This document shows, one piece after another, positions 1 through 9,669 of a stretch of 64,000 bases of DNA. The notes beneath the pieces are model-generated. The model made no database searches. It worked only from the letters and a program-made list of their open reading frames with translations, and was not told the DNA's origin. Positions within the stretch are counted from its first letter, which is position 1. Every line of letters begins with the position of its first letter. The position numbers and the translations under genes were made by a program. Source of the DNA: an uncultured delta proteobacterium. GTDB lineage: Bacteria > Desulfobacterota > Binatia > Binatales > Binataceae. The stretch lies in NCBI GenBank assembly GCA_963842085.1, contig CAWJET010000001.1:3168001-3232000 (forward strand), in the 5' to 3' direction.

Positions 1-260
1 GTCGATTTTCCGGCGCCCGGCGGCCCGGTTATTCCGACCACCTGCGCGCGGCCGGTTTTCGGGTAGATTCGCTCGATGATCGCGCTCGACTCGGGCGCAC
101 GATTCTCGACCATCGTGATCAGCTGGGCGAGCGCGCGCATCTCGCCCGCCTCGAAGCGCCTGAGCAGGGCGTCCAGCCGCGCGCCTTTGGCCTTGGAGTT
201 CGCGGCCGGCGCGGCCGGATGATGTGGGGATTCAGCAGGCATACGAGGTTGTTCAGTCAT
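1..260 (-). CDS. meaB: Methylmalonyl-CoA mutase-associated GTPase MeaB/ArgK, 5' part (runs off window)
   Basis: Manual translation: [14 protein letters not shown]...[12 protein letters not shown]...[23 protein letters not shown] (MeaB-type P-loop). Start 260 or 242. Confidence 0.85.
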   Translation of the reverse strand, partial: MTEQPRMPAESPHHPAAPAANSKAKGARLDALLRRFEAGEMRALAQLITMVENRAPESSAIIERIYPKTGRAQVVGITGPPGAGKS

Positions 261-367
261 GATAGCGGCTTGCGATCGGACGGCGCAACAAAACCCTGCG
301 CCGGTGAATAAATCGCGCGACGCGGCATTGTTTTCCCTGCACGAGCGCCCTAGTCTCGGATCTCGGA

Positions 368-793
368 ATGAAGCTTCCTGACATCTATACCGACTGGAAA
401 ATCGTGATCGGCCTGGGGCTTATCCTGCTGGGCGCCGCCAACTGGATCATCGGGGTGGAACGGACGCAGATTTACAGCCGCATAATCGTCGCGCACGAGC
501 AGCAACCGGCCGCCGCCGCGACGGACTATCGGAGTTTCGACGAACTCGATGCGGGTGCGGGGGGCGCGGTGCTCGAACCGCTCACGGCCGAGCAGCGGCA
601 GGCTTCGTACGCGACGGCGCGGATGGATTTTTATCACGCTGCGTTCCTGGCGGGTCGCGCGATGGTGTTGCTCGGGTTGCTGCTCACTTTGTTGGGCTTT
701 ATCAGCGTGATTCAGCAGGACTCCCGCCGCGCGTTTCGCCGTCCCGAGGAAGACGCTCCGCTGCCGCGCGGATTGCCGCGGGCGCCTCAATAG
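368..793 (+). CDS. Hypothetical membrane protein, two TM segments
   Basis: 141-aa ORF with two hydrophobic stretches, ending 10 bp before ispE. Confidence 0.7.
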   Translation: MKLPDIYTDWKIVIGLGLILLGAANWIIGVERTQIYSRIIVAHEQQPAAAATDYRSFDELDAGAGGAVLEPLTAEQRQASYATARMDFYHAAFLAGRAMVLLGLLLTLLGFISVIQQDSRRAFRRPEEDAPLPRGLPRAPQ

Positions 794-803
794 AATTTCC
801 ACA

Positions 804-1697
804 ATGGCAACGGAGCTATGCGGGCGCGCGTGCGCGAAGATCAATTTGTTCCTGCGCGTGACCGGGCGCCGCGCCGACGGCTATCACGAACTCGACTCGG
901 TGTTTATCCCGATCTCGCTCGCCGACGAAATCCGCGTCGAAGTCCGCTCTGCGGCTGAATCTTCGGTCGCCGTCAAATGCAACATCCAGGAACTCGCGAG
1001 GAGCCAGAACAACCTGGCGGCGCGGGCTGCGCGCGCATTCTTGAGCGAATTCGATTTGATCGGCGAAGTGTTGATCGACCTGGAGAAACACATCCCGGTC
1101 GGCGCCGGCCTCGGCGGCGGCTCGAGCGACGCCGCCACGGTCTTGTACATGATGGCGGCAGCAGCGCAGCTCAACGACGAAACCGCGGCGAGCAGGCTGC
1201 GTCGAATCGCGCCGTCGCTCGGCGCCGACGTGCCATTTTTTCTCGATCCGCGCCCGTCGCGGGTGACGGGAATCGGCGAGCGAATCGTCGCGATCGAAGG
1301 CGTCCCGCGTATGCCCATAGTGATCGCAGTGCCGCCGTTCGAGGTTTCGACCGCCGCGATCTTTCGCGCGCTCGAGCCCGCGGGTTGGAGCGGCGCTGCG
1401 CCGGACGCGCATATCGAAGCGATCGCGCGCGGCGACATCTCGCCGGAGTTGGCGGTAAACGATCTGGCGGCGGTGGCGATCGCGCAATTTCCGGAGATTC
1501 GCCGCCTTAAAGGATTACTTGAGAATTCTGGCGCGCGCACGGCGCAGATGTCCGGCAGCGGCGGCGCGGTGTTTGGCGTGTTCGATTCGATCGACGAGGC
1601 CGAGAGTGTGGCGGCAAAAATCGCGCGGCGTGCGCCGTTCGCGACGGTGATTGCGGCCACCACGCTCGATGGCGAACCCGATGACGAAGTAGCCTGA
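804..1697 (+). CDS. ispE: 4-diphosphocytidyl-2-C-methyl-D-erythritol kinase
   Basis: AKINLFL...GYHEL, KHIPVGAGLGGGSSDAA, MSGSG motifs. Confidence 0.97.
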   Translation: MATELCGRACAKINLFLRVTGRRADGYHELDSVFIPISLADEIRVEVRSAAESSVAVKCNIQELARSQNNLAARAARAFLSEFDLIGEVLIDLEKHIPVGAGLGGGSSDAATVLYMMAAAAQLNDETAASRLRRIAPSLGADVPFFLDPRPSRVTGIGERIVAIEGVPRMPIVIAVPPFEVSTAAIFRALEPAGWSGAAPDAHIEAIARGDISPELAVNDLAAVAIAQFPEIRRLKGLLENSGARTAQMSGSGGAVFGVFDSIDEAESVAAKIARRAPFATVIAATTLDGEPDDEVA

Positions 1698-1743
1698 AAT
1701 CTGCAAACGCGACGGGGCTGTGCAAGATTGCGGAAGCGGCGGA

Positions 1744-1772
1744 TTGACAGCGAAAAACCGCATCAATAACAT
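1744..1772 (+). promoter_or_regulatory. Sigma70 promoter for tRNA-Gln/prs/rplY
   Basis: TTGACA (1744-1749), 17-bp spacer, TAACAT (1767-1772). Confidence 0.75.
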
Positions 1773-1979
1773 CGCAATTCCTGCGCACCGGCTGCTAAAC
1801 TCGAAAGTCCGGGCAGGTCCGCTACGACACTCGAGCGGTGCAGTGTCGCGACGGTTCGGTCCGTAAAGATTGGATTGCTCGATTCGCCGGCTGAACGCCC
1901 CACATGGCGTTTCGCCGGTTGTCAGTTTTGACGGGTCGATTGGGAGACGCGGGCCCTGAGCCTTTGAATCCAAATGCGC

Positions 1980-2055
1980 TGGGCGGTCGCCAAGCTGGTA
2001 AGGCACCAGGCTTTGGACCTGGCATTCGAAGGTTCGAATCCTTCCCGCCCAGCCA
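1980..2055 (+). tRNA. tRNA-Gln(TTG)
   Basis: TGGGCGG...CCGCCCA acceptor stem, anticodon arm CCAGG-CT-TTG-GA-CCTGG, GGTTCGAATCC T-arm, encoded CCA; conserved ispE-tRNA-Gln-prs synteny. Confidence 0.97.
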
Positions 2056-2118
2056 AGCTGACGGTGATTTGCGACAATTGAAGAATCGCATGACGATCGC
2101 GACGCAAGGAAATTAAAG

Positions 2119-3078
2119 ATGTCGGACAGGGTCAAGGACCAACTCGAAGTTTTCACCGGGAACTCCAATCCCGAGCTGGCGCGCGAGGTGACTCAGCATC
2201 TCGGCGTGAAGATGGGTGAAGCCGAGGTTGGCCGCTTTCCCGACGGCGAAGTGATGATCGAGATCCGCGAGAACGTGCGCGGCGGCGATTGCTTCATCAT
2301 CCAATCGATATGCACTCCGCCCAACGAGAACCTGATGGAGCTGCTCCTGCTCACCGATGCGCTGCGGCGCGCGTCGGCCGGGCGTATCACGGCGGTGATC
2401 CCGTACTTCGGCTACTCGCGGCAGGATCGCAAGGTCGCGCCGCGCGTGCCGATCAGCGCAAAGCTGGTAGCCGACCTGATCACGACGGCCGGCGTGAATC
2501 GCGTGCTGACGGTGGACCTCCACGCCGGGCAGATCCAGGGCTTCTTCAACATCCCGGTGGATAATCTGTACGCGATGCCGGTGTTGATTACCTACCTGCG
2601 CAAGCGAATCGACGGCAAGAAGGTTTCGGTGGTGTCGCCCGACGCGGGCGGGGTCGAACGCGCGCGCGCCTACGCGCGGCGGCTCAACGCGAACCTCGCG
2701 ATCATCGACAAGCGGCGCCGGCGTGCGAGCGAAGTCGCCGAGATGCAGCTGGTCGGCGAAGTGAAGGACTCGATCGCGCTGCTGGTCGACGACATGATCG
2801 ATACCGCCGGCACCATCACCGAGGCGGCCAAGGTCGTCGTCAACGCCGGCGCGACGGAAGTGATCGCGGTCGCGACGCATCCGATACTGTCGGATCCGGC
2901 GTGCGATCGCCTGAACAAATCGAACATCACAGAAATTGTTACGACCAACACGATTCCGCTGCGCGCCAAGGCCCAGGCCGAGCTCACCAAGCTGCACGGG
3001 CTGTCGGTCGCGAGCCTGCTGGCGGAAGCGATGAAGCGAATTCATAATGAGGAGTCGGTAAGCTCGCTCTTTTCATGA
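2119..3078 (+). CDS. prs: Ribose-phosphate pyrophosphokinase
   Basis: FPDGE, PYFGYSRQDRK, DLHAGQIQGFF, SPDAGG, VDDMIDTAGT motifs. Confidence 0.98.
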   Translation: MSDRVKDQLEVFTGNSNPELAREVTQHLGVKMGEAEVGRFPDGEVMIEIRENVRGGDCFIIQSICTPPNENLMELLLLTDALRRASAGRITAVIPYFGYSRQDRKVAPRVPISAKLVADLITTAGVNRVLTVDLHAGQIQGFFNIPVDNLYAMPVLITYLRKRIDGKKVSVVSPDAGGVERARAYARRLNANLAIIDKRRRRASEVAEMQLVGEVKDSIALLVDDMIDTAGTITEAAKVVVNAGATEVIAVATHPILSDPACDRLNKSNITEIVTTNTIPLRAKAQAELTKLHGLSVASLLAEAMKRIHNEESVSSLFS

Positions 3079-3105
3079 GCGCGCGAACCATCAAGCGAGG
3101 ACACA

Positions 3106-3840
3106 ATGGAGACCGGTGAACTAGCCTGCGAGAAACGAGCGACCCGACCCAAGGGTCGCAACAACGCGCTGCGGCGCAATGGCCGCGTACCCGCGATATT
3201 GTACGGACCCAAGACTGCGCCGACGGCGCTGGCGATCGATCGTCTGGAATTGAAGGCCAGGATTTCGGCGGCCGCGCACACCCGTATCATCAGGCTCAAG
3301 TCGAGCACCGCGGAACTCGACGGCAAGCACGTGATCTTCAAGGATGTGCAGCGCGCGCCGGTGTCGGGCGAAATCCTGCACGCGGATCTGTACGAGGTCG
3401 ATCTCAACCGGCCGATTCGCGTCGAAGTGGCGTTCAAGTTCAACGGCAAGGCCAAGGGCGTCGCCAACGGCGGAATCCTGGCGCCGCTCGAGCGCACCGC
3501 GACGGTCGAGTGCCTGCCGCTGGAAATTCCCGATTCGATCGAGGTTGACGTATCCGACGTCGATATTCACGACGTCATTCACGTGTCGGCGGTCAAGTTC
3601 CCCGACAAGGTAAGGGCGATCTTCGATACCGACTATCCAGTGGTCACCGTGCTGCCGCCGACCGTTGCGGAAGTCGCTGTCGTTGCGGCTGCGGAGCCGG
3701 TCGAAGGCGCGGTTGTCGAAGGTGCTGCGCCTGCGGAAGGCGCCGCCGCGGCCGCTCCCGCCGAGGGCGCGCCGGCCAAAGAAGGTGGCGACAAGGACAA
3801 GGCTGCCAAGAAGCCAGAGGCGGCCGAAAAGAAGAAGTAG
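3106..3840 (+). CDS. rplY: 50S ribosomal protein L25 / general stress protein Ctc
   Basis: LRRNGRVPAILYG, ILHADLY, second beta domain and Ala/Glu/Lys-rich tail; follows prs. Confidence 0.95.
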   Translation: METGELACEKRATRPKGRNNALRRNGRVPAILYGPKTAPTALAIDRLELKARISAAAHTRIIRLKSSTAELDGKHVIFKDVQRAPVSGEILHADLYEVDLNRPIRVEVAFKFNGKAKGVANGGILAPLERTATVECLPLEIPDSIEVDVSDVDIHDVIHVSAVKFPDKVRAIFDTDYPVVTVLPPTVAEVAVVAAAEPVEGAVVEGAAPAEGAAAAAPAEGAPAKEGGDKDKAAKKPEAAEKKK

Positions 3841-3975
3841 TAGAGTTTTCGTTTTTCGTTGTGCTCGCGCGCGTCGCCATGCAATCGCCGGCCGGCGACG
3901 CGCGCGGGCAATATAGATGTGAGGGGAACGGGCGGGCAGTGCAGCTGCAAGTCCGGTGCAGGAGGAGGGGCCGCT

Positions 3976-6900
3976 ATGAGTTTCGTCCATCTTCACGTCC
4001 ACACGCAGTACAGCCTCCTCGACGGCGCCAACAAAATCGGGCCGCTCATCGACCACGCCAAGGCGTCGGGGATGGAAGCGATCGCGATGACCGACCACGG
4101 CAACATGTTCGGCGCGGTCGAGTTCTATCAGAAGGCGAGGGCGGCTGGGGTCAAACCGATCATCGGATGCGAGGTCTACCTTGCGCCGGGCAAGCGCACC
4201 GACCGCACGCAGGTTCCACGCAGTGACGACTTCGACGGCGGCGGCAATTTTCACCTGATACTGCTCGCGCAGAATCGCGAAGGTTACCGCAATCTGTGCA
4301 AGCTGCTCACGACCGCGTACCAGGACGGTCTCTACTACAAACCGCGCATCGACAAGGAAGTCCTCGGCGAGCTGTCCGGCGGCTTGATCGTGCTGTCAGG
4401 ATGCCTGTCGGGTGAGCTCGCGCGATGGCTGCGGCAGGATCGCATGGACAAGGCGCGCGAGACGGCCGAGTCGTACGCGATGATGTTTCCCGGCCGCTAC
4501 TATCTCGAACTCCAGGACAACAAACTGCATTCGCCGTACAACGAGGCGCTGCGAGAGATCGGCAAGCAGGTCGGGCTGCCGCTGGTGGCGACCAACGACT
4601 GCCACTACCTGCATCGCGACGACGCCAAGGCGCACGAGGTCCTGCTGTGCATCCAGACCGGCAAGACGATGGCCGACGAGACGCGATGGCGCTTCGACAC
4701 CGACGAACTTTACGTCAAGACGCCCGACGAGATGGCGAGCGCATTCGGCGCCGACTCCGAAGAGCTGCGCAACAGCGTGGAGATAGCGCGGCGAATCGAT
4801 TTCGAGTTCGAATTCGGCAAGTTTCATTTTCCTGTTTACAAATCGGGTCCGGGCGTCGACCTCGACGCCGAGATGGAGACACGGGCGCGCGACGGGTTGA
4901 CCGCGCGGCTGGCGGAGATTCGCGCGCGGCGTGCCGACGTCGACGAGTCGCAGTACCAGGAGCGAATCGATCGCGAGCTCCCGGTCATCCGCGACATGGG
5001 CTTCTCGGGCTACATGCTGATCGTCGCCGATTTCACTGGCTACGCGCGCGGGCTTGGAATTCCGGTAGGTCCGGGCCGCGGCTCGGTGGTCGGCAGCCTG
5101 GTTTCGTACGCGCTGGGAATCACCGAGGTCGATCCGGTCGAGCATCGGCTGCTGTTCGAGCGATGGCTCAACCCGGGGCGCAAGTCGATGCCGGATATCG
5201 ACGTGGATTTTTGCTTCGAGCGGCGCGACGAGGTGCTTGAGTACGTGCGCAAGAAGTATGGCGACGATCGCGTCGCGCAGATAATCACGTTCGGCACGAT
5301 CAAGGGCAAGCAGGCGATCCGCGACGTCGGCCGCGTGCTCGGGCTGTCGTTCGCCGAGACCGACAAGATCGTCAAGCTGTATCCGGCGCCCAAGCAGGGC
5401 CGCGATTTTCCGCTGGCCGACGCGCTCGAGATGGAGCCGCGGCTCAAGGCCGAGCGCAAACTGCATCCCGATCTTTTCAACTACGCGTTCAAGCTCGAAG
5501 GCCTGCTGCGCCACGCGTCGCGCCATGCGGCGGGCGTCGTCATTTCCGATCAGCCGCTCACCGACCTGGTGCCGTTGTACGTCGACAAGGAGCGCGACGA
5601 GGCGGCGCTTTCGATCACGCAGTATTCGATGAAGGGCGTCGAAGAGATCGGCCTTATCAAGTTCGACTTCCTGGCGCTCAAGAACCTGACGCTGATCACC
5701 GACACGCTTGCGCTGATCAAGGCCGGCGGTAAGGAGGCGCCCGACCTGAACCGCCTGCGGCTCGACGACGCCGACACTTACAGGATGCTCTCGCGCGGCG
5801 ACACGGTAGGAGTGTTCCAGCTCGAAAGCTCGGGCATGCGCCGGTTCATCACCGAGCTCAAGCCGACCTGCTTCGACGACGTGATCGCGGCAGGCTCGTT
5901 GTTTCGTCCCGGCCCGCTAGACGCGATCCAGGACGGCAAGACGATGGTCCAGCATTACGTCGATCGCAAGCACGGCAAGGAGCCGGTCGAGTACGATCAT
6001 CCGCTGCTGGAGCCGGTGCTGCGCGATACCTATGGCGTGATCGTGTACCAGGAGCAGGTGATGCGCGCGGCGCAGGCGCTGGCGGGATATTCGCTCGAGC
6101 AGGCCGACATCCTGCGCGCGGCGATGGGCAAGAAGAACCACGCCGTGATGGAAAAAGAGCGTGTGCGGTTTATCGACGGCGCGAAGAAAAACGGCGTCAA
6201 CCCCACGCTCGCCACTTCGATCTTCGAGAAGATCGAAACCTTCGCGTCGTACGGATTCAACCGGTCGCACGCCGCCGCGTATGCGCTGACCACCTACACG
6301 ACCGCATACTTGAAGGCGCACCATCCGCACGAGTTCATGGCGGCGCTGATGTCGCTCGACATGGACGACGTCGACAAGACCTACAAGAATATCGCGGCGC
6401 TGCGCGACATGAAGATTGCGATCCTGCCGCCGGACGTGAACCAGAGCCGGGTGAAATTCACGGTCACGGACGGCGCGATTCGCTTCGGCCTGGCCGCGAT
6501 TCGCGGCGTTGGCAGCAAGCCGGCGGAGGCAATTATCGCGGAGCGCGAGGCCAACGGCCCGTTCGAGAGCATGGCCGATTTCTGCATGCGCGTTGGCGCG
6601 CAACTGATCAGCCGCCGCGTGCTCGACGCATTGATCAAGTGCGGCGCGTTCGATTCTGTGAGCGCAGTGCGTGCTGCGCTGATGGCTGAGGCTGAGCAGG
6701 CAATCAAACTCGCGCAGAAGGCGCAGAGCGATGCCGAGAAAAATCAGATTGGCCTGTTCGGCGGCGCGGTCAAGGTACCCAAGCTGGCGGCGCGCGAGCC
6801 GATCCCCGAATGGGACGCCAGGGAGAAGCTTAAATTCGAAAAAGAAGCGCTCGGCTTCTACATCACGGCTCATCCGCTGGACAAGTACGAACGCGAACTC

Positions 6901-7449
6901 GCGCGAATCAGCAAGCTGACGACCGCCGACCTTTCTTCCGCTCCCGACGGTAGCCCGGTGCAGATTGCCGGCGTGATCCACGCGGTCAAACTGAAGAACA
7001 ACAAGTCGGGCAAGCGCTACGCGACTTTCTCGCTCGAGGATCGCGAAGGCGCGGTCGAGGCGATCGCATGGTCGGAGACCTACCAGAAGTTCGAGGCGAT
7101 CATCATGGGCGACGAGCCGGTGGTCGCGCGCGGCAAGCTGGACGTTGACGACGAGCGCGCGCAGATTATTTTAGAAAACTTGACGCCTCTCGATTCTGCT
7201 CTGCTCGACTCGATTCGCGAGGTGCGGATCACGGCGCCGATGAAACGTCTGGAGAACGGCGGCCTCGACGCGCTGAAGGCGATGCTCGCGCGGTATCGCG
7301 GCAAGTCGATGACGTACCTGCATCTCGGCCTCGACGACGGCCGCGAGGCGGTGATGCTGCTGGGCGACAGCTATCGGGTGACACCGACGGAGACGTTCGT
7401 CGCCGAGGTGGAGGAGATCTTGGCGCCCGGTGCGGTGGAGTTGAGATAG
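3976..7449 (+). CDS. dnaE: DNA polymerase III alpha subunit
   Basis: SD GGAGGAGG before ATG 3976; FVHLHVHTQYSLLDG, PGRGS, MPDIDVDF, FASYGFNRSH. Confidence 0.98.
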   Translation: MSFVHLHVHTQYSLLDGANKIGPLIDHAKASGMEAIAMTDHGNMFGAVEFYQKARAAGVKPIIGCEVYLAPGKRTDRTQVPRSDDFDGGGNFHLILLAQNREGYRNLCKLLTTAYQDGLYYKPRIDKEVLGELSGGLIVLSGCLSGELARWLRQDRMDKARETAESYAMMFPGRYYLELQDNKLHSPYNEALREIGKQVGLPLVATNDCHYLHRDDAKAHEVLLCIQTGKTMADETRWRFDTDELYVKTPDEMASAFGADSEELRNSVEIARRIDFEFEFGKFHFPVYKSGPGVDLDAEMETRARDGLTARLAEIRARRADVDESQYQERIDRELPVIRDMGFSGYMLIVADFTGYARGLGIPVGPGRGSVVGSLVSYALGITEVDPVEHRLLFERWLNPGRKSMPDIDVDFCFERRDEVLEYVRKKYGDDRVAQIITFGTIKGKQAIRDVGRVLGLSFAETDKIVKLYPAPKQGRDFPLADALEMEPRLKAERKLHPDLFNYAFKLEGLLRHASRHAAGVVISDQPLTDLVPLYVDKERDEAALSITQYSMKGVEEIGLIKFDFLALKNLTLITDTLALIKAGGKEAPDLNRLRLDDADTYRMLSRGDTVGVFQLESSGMRRFITELKPTCFDDVIAAGSLFRPGPLDAIQDGKTMVQHYVDRKHGKEPVEYDHPLLEPVLRDTYGVIVYQEQVMRAAQALAGYSLEQADILRAAMGKKNHAVMEKERVRFIDGAKKNGVNPTLATSIFEKIETFASYGFNRSHAAAYALTTYTTAYLKAHHPHEFMAALMSLDMDDVDKTYKNIAALRDMKIAILPPDVNQSRVKFTVTDGAIRFGLAAIRGVGSKPAEAIIAEREANGPFESMADFCMRVGAQLISRRVLDALIKCGAFDSVSAVRAALMAEAEQAIKLAQKAQSDAEKNQIGLFGGAVKVPKLAAREPIPEWDAREKLKFEKEALGFYITAHPLDKYERELARISKLTTADLSSAPDGSPVQIAGVIHAVKLKNNKSGKRYATFSLEDREGAVEAIAWSETYQKFEAIIMGDEPVVARGKLDVDDERAQIILENLTPLDSALLDSIREVRITAPMKRLENGGLDALKAMLARYRGKSMTYLHLGLDDGREAVMLLGDSYRVTPTETFVAEVEEILAPGAVELR

Positions 7450-7493
7450 GACGGGATTCAGTTGATCTAATGTGAAACCGACCGTGGGTTTCA

Positions 7494-7517
7494 GCAGGGT
7501 GACCCCCGCACCCAATG
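7494..7517. repeat. Short palindromic intergenic repeat, copy 1
   Basis: GCAGGGTGACCCCCGCACCCAATG, near-identical to 9587-9611. Confidence 0.55.
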
Positions 7518-7647
7518 TTGTGAAGAGAGAGGTGAGCGCTCTTGCCTAACCGCTTCTTCTCCGAGGAGAGGCTAGGAGGTGGCGTACCTCGGGTTGGTGG
7601 TATCTGATAGCATTGGGTAAAGGTTTTTCTGCGATTGAGGTAAAAAT

Positions 7648-8943
7648 CTGGCTAAGTCGTACGACGTTGCCCACGAGCATCACGAGAGCGCTGTCCTGGT
7701 CGGGATTGATCTCGGTGCCGACAACAAAGCGGGGATTGGCAGCGAAGAATCGCTCGACGAACTCAAAGCCCTGACTGAAAGCGCCGGCGCGGGAGTTGCC
7801 GGAGTTGTTCGGCAGCGCTTGAAGGCGCCTGATCCGCGCACGTTTGTCGGCAAGGGCAAAGCGGCCGAAGTGCGCGAACTGGCGCATGCGAAGGGCGCGT
7901 CGCTGGCGATTTTCGACGACGCGCTCAGCCCCGCGCAGGCGCGCAATCTCGAAAACGAACTGAAGATTCGCGTGATCGATCGCAGCCAGTTGATTCTCGA
8001 CATTTTCGCGCAGCGCGCGCATACGCTCGAGGGCAAGCTGCAGGTCGAGATCGCGCAGCTCAGCTACCTGCAGCCGCGGCTGACGCGCCAGTGGTCGCAT
8101 CTTTCGCGCGTTCGCGGCGGTGGCGCGGGCGGCGGCGGCGTGGGCACGCGCGGACCCGGCGAAACGCAGCTTGAAGTTGACCGGCGGCGGTTGCGCGAGC
8201 GGCTCACCCGGCTCAAAGCGCGGCTGGGCGAGGTCGAGCGCACGCGCACGATTCAGCGCCGGCGCCGTCTCGAGGTTCCATTTCCGACCGTCGCGCTGGT
8301 GGGTTACACGAACTCGGGCAAGTCGACGCTGATGAATGCGCTGACGGCAGCCGGCGTCGAAGTCGCCGATCGCCCGTTCTCGACGCTCGATCCCACGATT
8401 CGGCGCCTAAAGCTGCCCGGCGGTATGAACGTCATGCTCGTCGATACGGTCGGATTTATCCATCGCCTGCCTCATATGCTGATCGACGCGTTCAAGGCCA
8501 CGCTCGAGGAGGTGCGCACGGCGACGATGCTGCTGCACGTCGTCGATGCGAGCTCGCCGCTGGCGGCCGAAAGGATGACGATTGTCGACGAAGTGCTGCA
8601 GGAAATCGGCGCGGGCGCCGCGCCGCGTATCGTCGTCATGAACAAAACTGACCTCGCCGAGCACGGATCGAATCGTAACGGCGCGCATGACGCGGTCTCG
8701 ATCTCGGCGCTGGAAGGCGAGGGCCTTGACGAGTTGCTCGACGCGATCGAACGCCATCTAGGCGGCTCGCGCGAGGAAGTATCCGTCACCTTTCCGGCCC
8801 GGCGCGGGGACCTGGTGGCAATGGCGCGACGCGATGGAGAAGTGCTAAGCGAGGAATACCGAGACGGCCTGGTTTCGGTGCGGGCCCGCGTCAGCGCGCC
8901 CGTTGCCGGGCGCCTGCGCAAGGCTGCGCACGCCGCAATCTGA
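7648..8943 (+). CDS. hflX: Ribosome-splitting GTPase HflX, probable CTG start
   Basis: GPGETQLEVDRR, GYTNSGKST, DTVGF, NKTD. HflX-like N-terminus (AVLVG...SLDELKALTESAG) extends in frame upstream of TTG 7819 to CTG 7648, behind SD GAGGT. Confidence 0.93.
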   Translation: MAKSYDVAHEHHESAVLVGIDLGADNKAGIGSEESLDELKALTESAGAGVAGVVRQRLKAPDPRTFVGKGKAAEVRELAHAKGASLAIFDDALSPAQARNLENELKIRVIDRSQLILDIFAQRAHTLEGKLQVEIAQLSYLQPRLTRQWSHLSRVRGGGAGGGGVGTRGPGETQLEVDRRRLRERLTRLKARLGEVERTRTIQRRRRLEVPFPTVALVGYTNSGKSTLMNALTAAGVEVADRPFSTLDPTIRRLKLPGGMNVMLVDTVGFIHRLPHMLIDAFKATLEEVRTATMLLHVVDASSPLAAERMTIVDEVLQEIGAGAAPRIVVMNKTDLAEHGSNRNGAHDAVSISALEGEGLDELLDAIERHLGGSREEVSVTFPARRGDLVAMARRDGEVLSEEYRDGLVSVRARVSAPVAGRLRKAAHAAI

Positions 8944-8966
8944 GCTCGGGTTGAAGCCGATTGACA

Positions 8967-9587
8967 ATGGCAGCGCCTTCACATAGTCGCCTTCAAGCGC
9001 ATCATGGCGCCGAGCCCGCGGTTTCGTACGGCCATCTGCTGAATCTGCCGAACTTCCTGACCCTGTGCCGGCTCGGCTCGATTCCGATCTTCCTGATATT
9101 TCTAACCCGCCAACGCTACACGGAGGCGCTATACGTTTTTGCGGCGGCTGCGGTGACCGACGGACTGGACGGCGCGGTCGCCAGATGGTTCGACTCGCGC
9201 ACCGAATTGGGTGCGTTTCTCGATCCGTTCGCGGACAAGCTGATGCTGGTGTCGGCGTTCGTCGTGCTGACGATCGACGGCGACTTGCCCGGATACCTGC
9301 TGAGTGTGGTCTTGATCCGCGACATCGTAATTGTTGTCGGCTACCTGATGATTTCGTTTTTCACCGGCGAACGGGTGCCGGTCCGGCCGAGCTATCTAGG
9401 CAAAATCAGCACGTTCATGCAGCTCGCGTGCGTAATTGCGGTGCTGGCGCGGGCCGGACACTACTGGCCGGGCGATTTCGACGCGCTGCTGGTGGCGACG
9501 GTCGCGGTCACTGCGGCGTCGTTCGTACATTACATGTATCGCGGGCTGGTGTGGCTGCGCTCGCGGGAGCCAGAGATGTTCGCGTAG
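8967..9587 (+). CDS. CDP-alcohol phosphatidyltransferase family protein (PgsA-like)
   Basis: NLPNFLT...TDGLDGAVAR...GAFLDPFADK signature. Confidence 0.92.
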   Translation: MAAPSHSRLQAHHGAEPAVSYGHLLNLPNFLTLCRLGSIPIFLIFLTRQRYTEALYVFAAAAVTDGLDGAVARWFDSRTELGAFLDPFADKLMLVSAFVVLTIDGDLPGYLLSVVLIRDIVIVVGYLMISFFTGERVPVRPSYLGKISTFMQLACVIAVLARAGHYWPGDFDALLVATVAVTAASFVHYMYRGLVWLRSREPEMFA

Positions 9588-9611
9588 CAGGGGTGACCCC
9601 TGCACCCAATG
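9587..9611. repeat. Short palindromic intergenic repeat, copy 2
   Basis: GCAGGGG-TGA-CCCCTGC-ACCCAATG, perfect 7-bp hairpin between convergent genes. Confidence 0.55.
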
Positions 9612-9669
9612 AAAAGAAAAGATGCGGGACTTCGTCCCCGTCAGAACTCTGTGGGGCTGAAAGGCGGGC

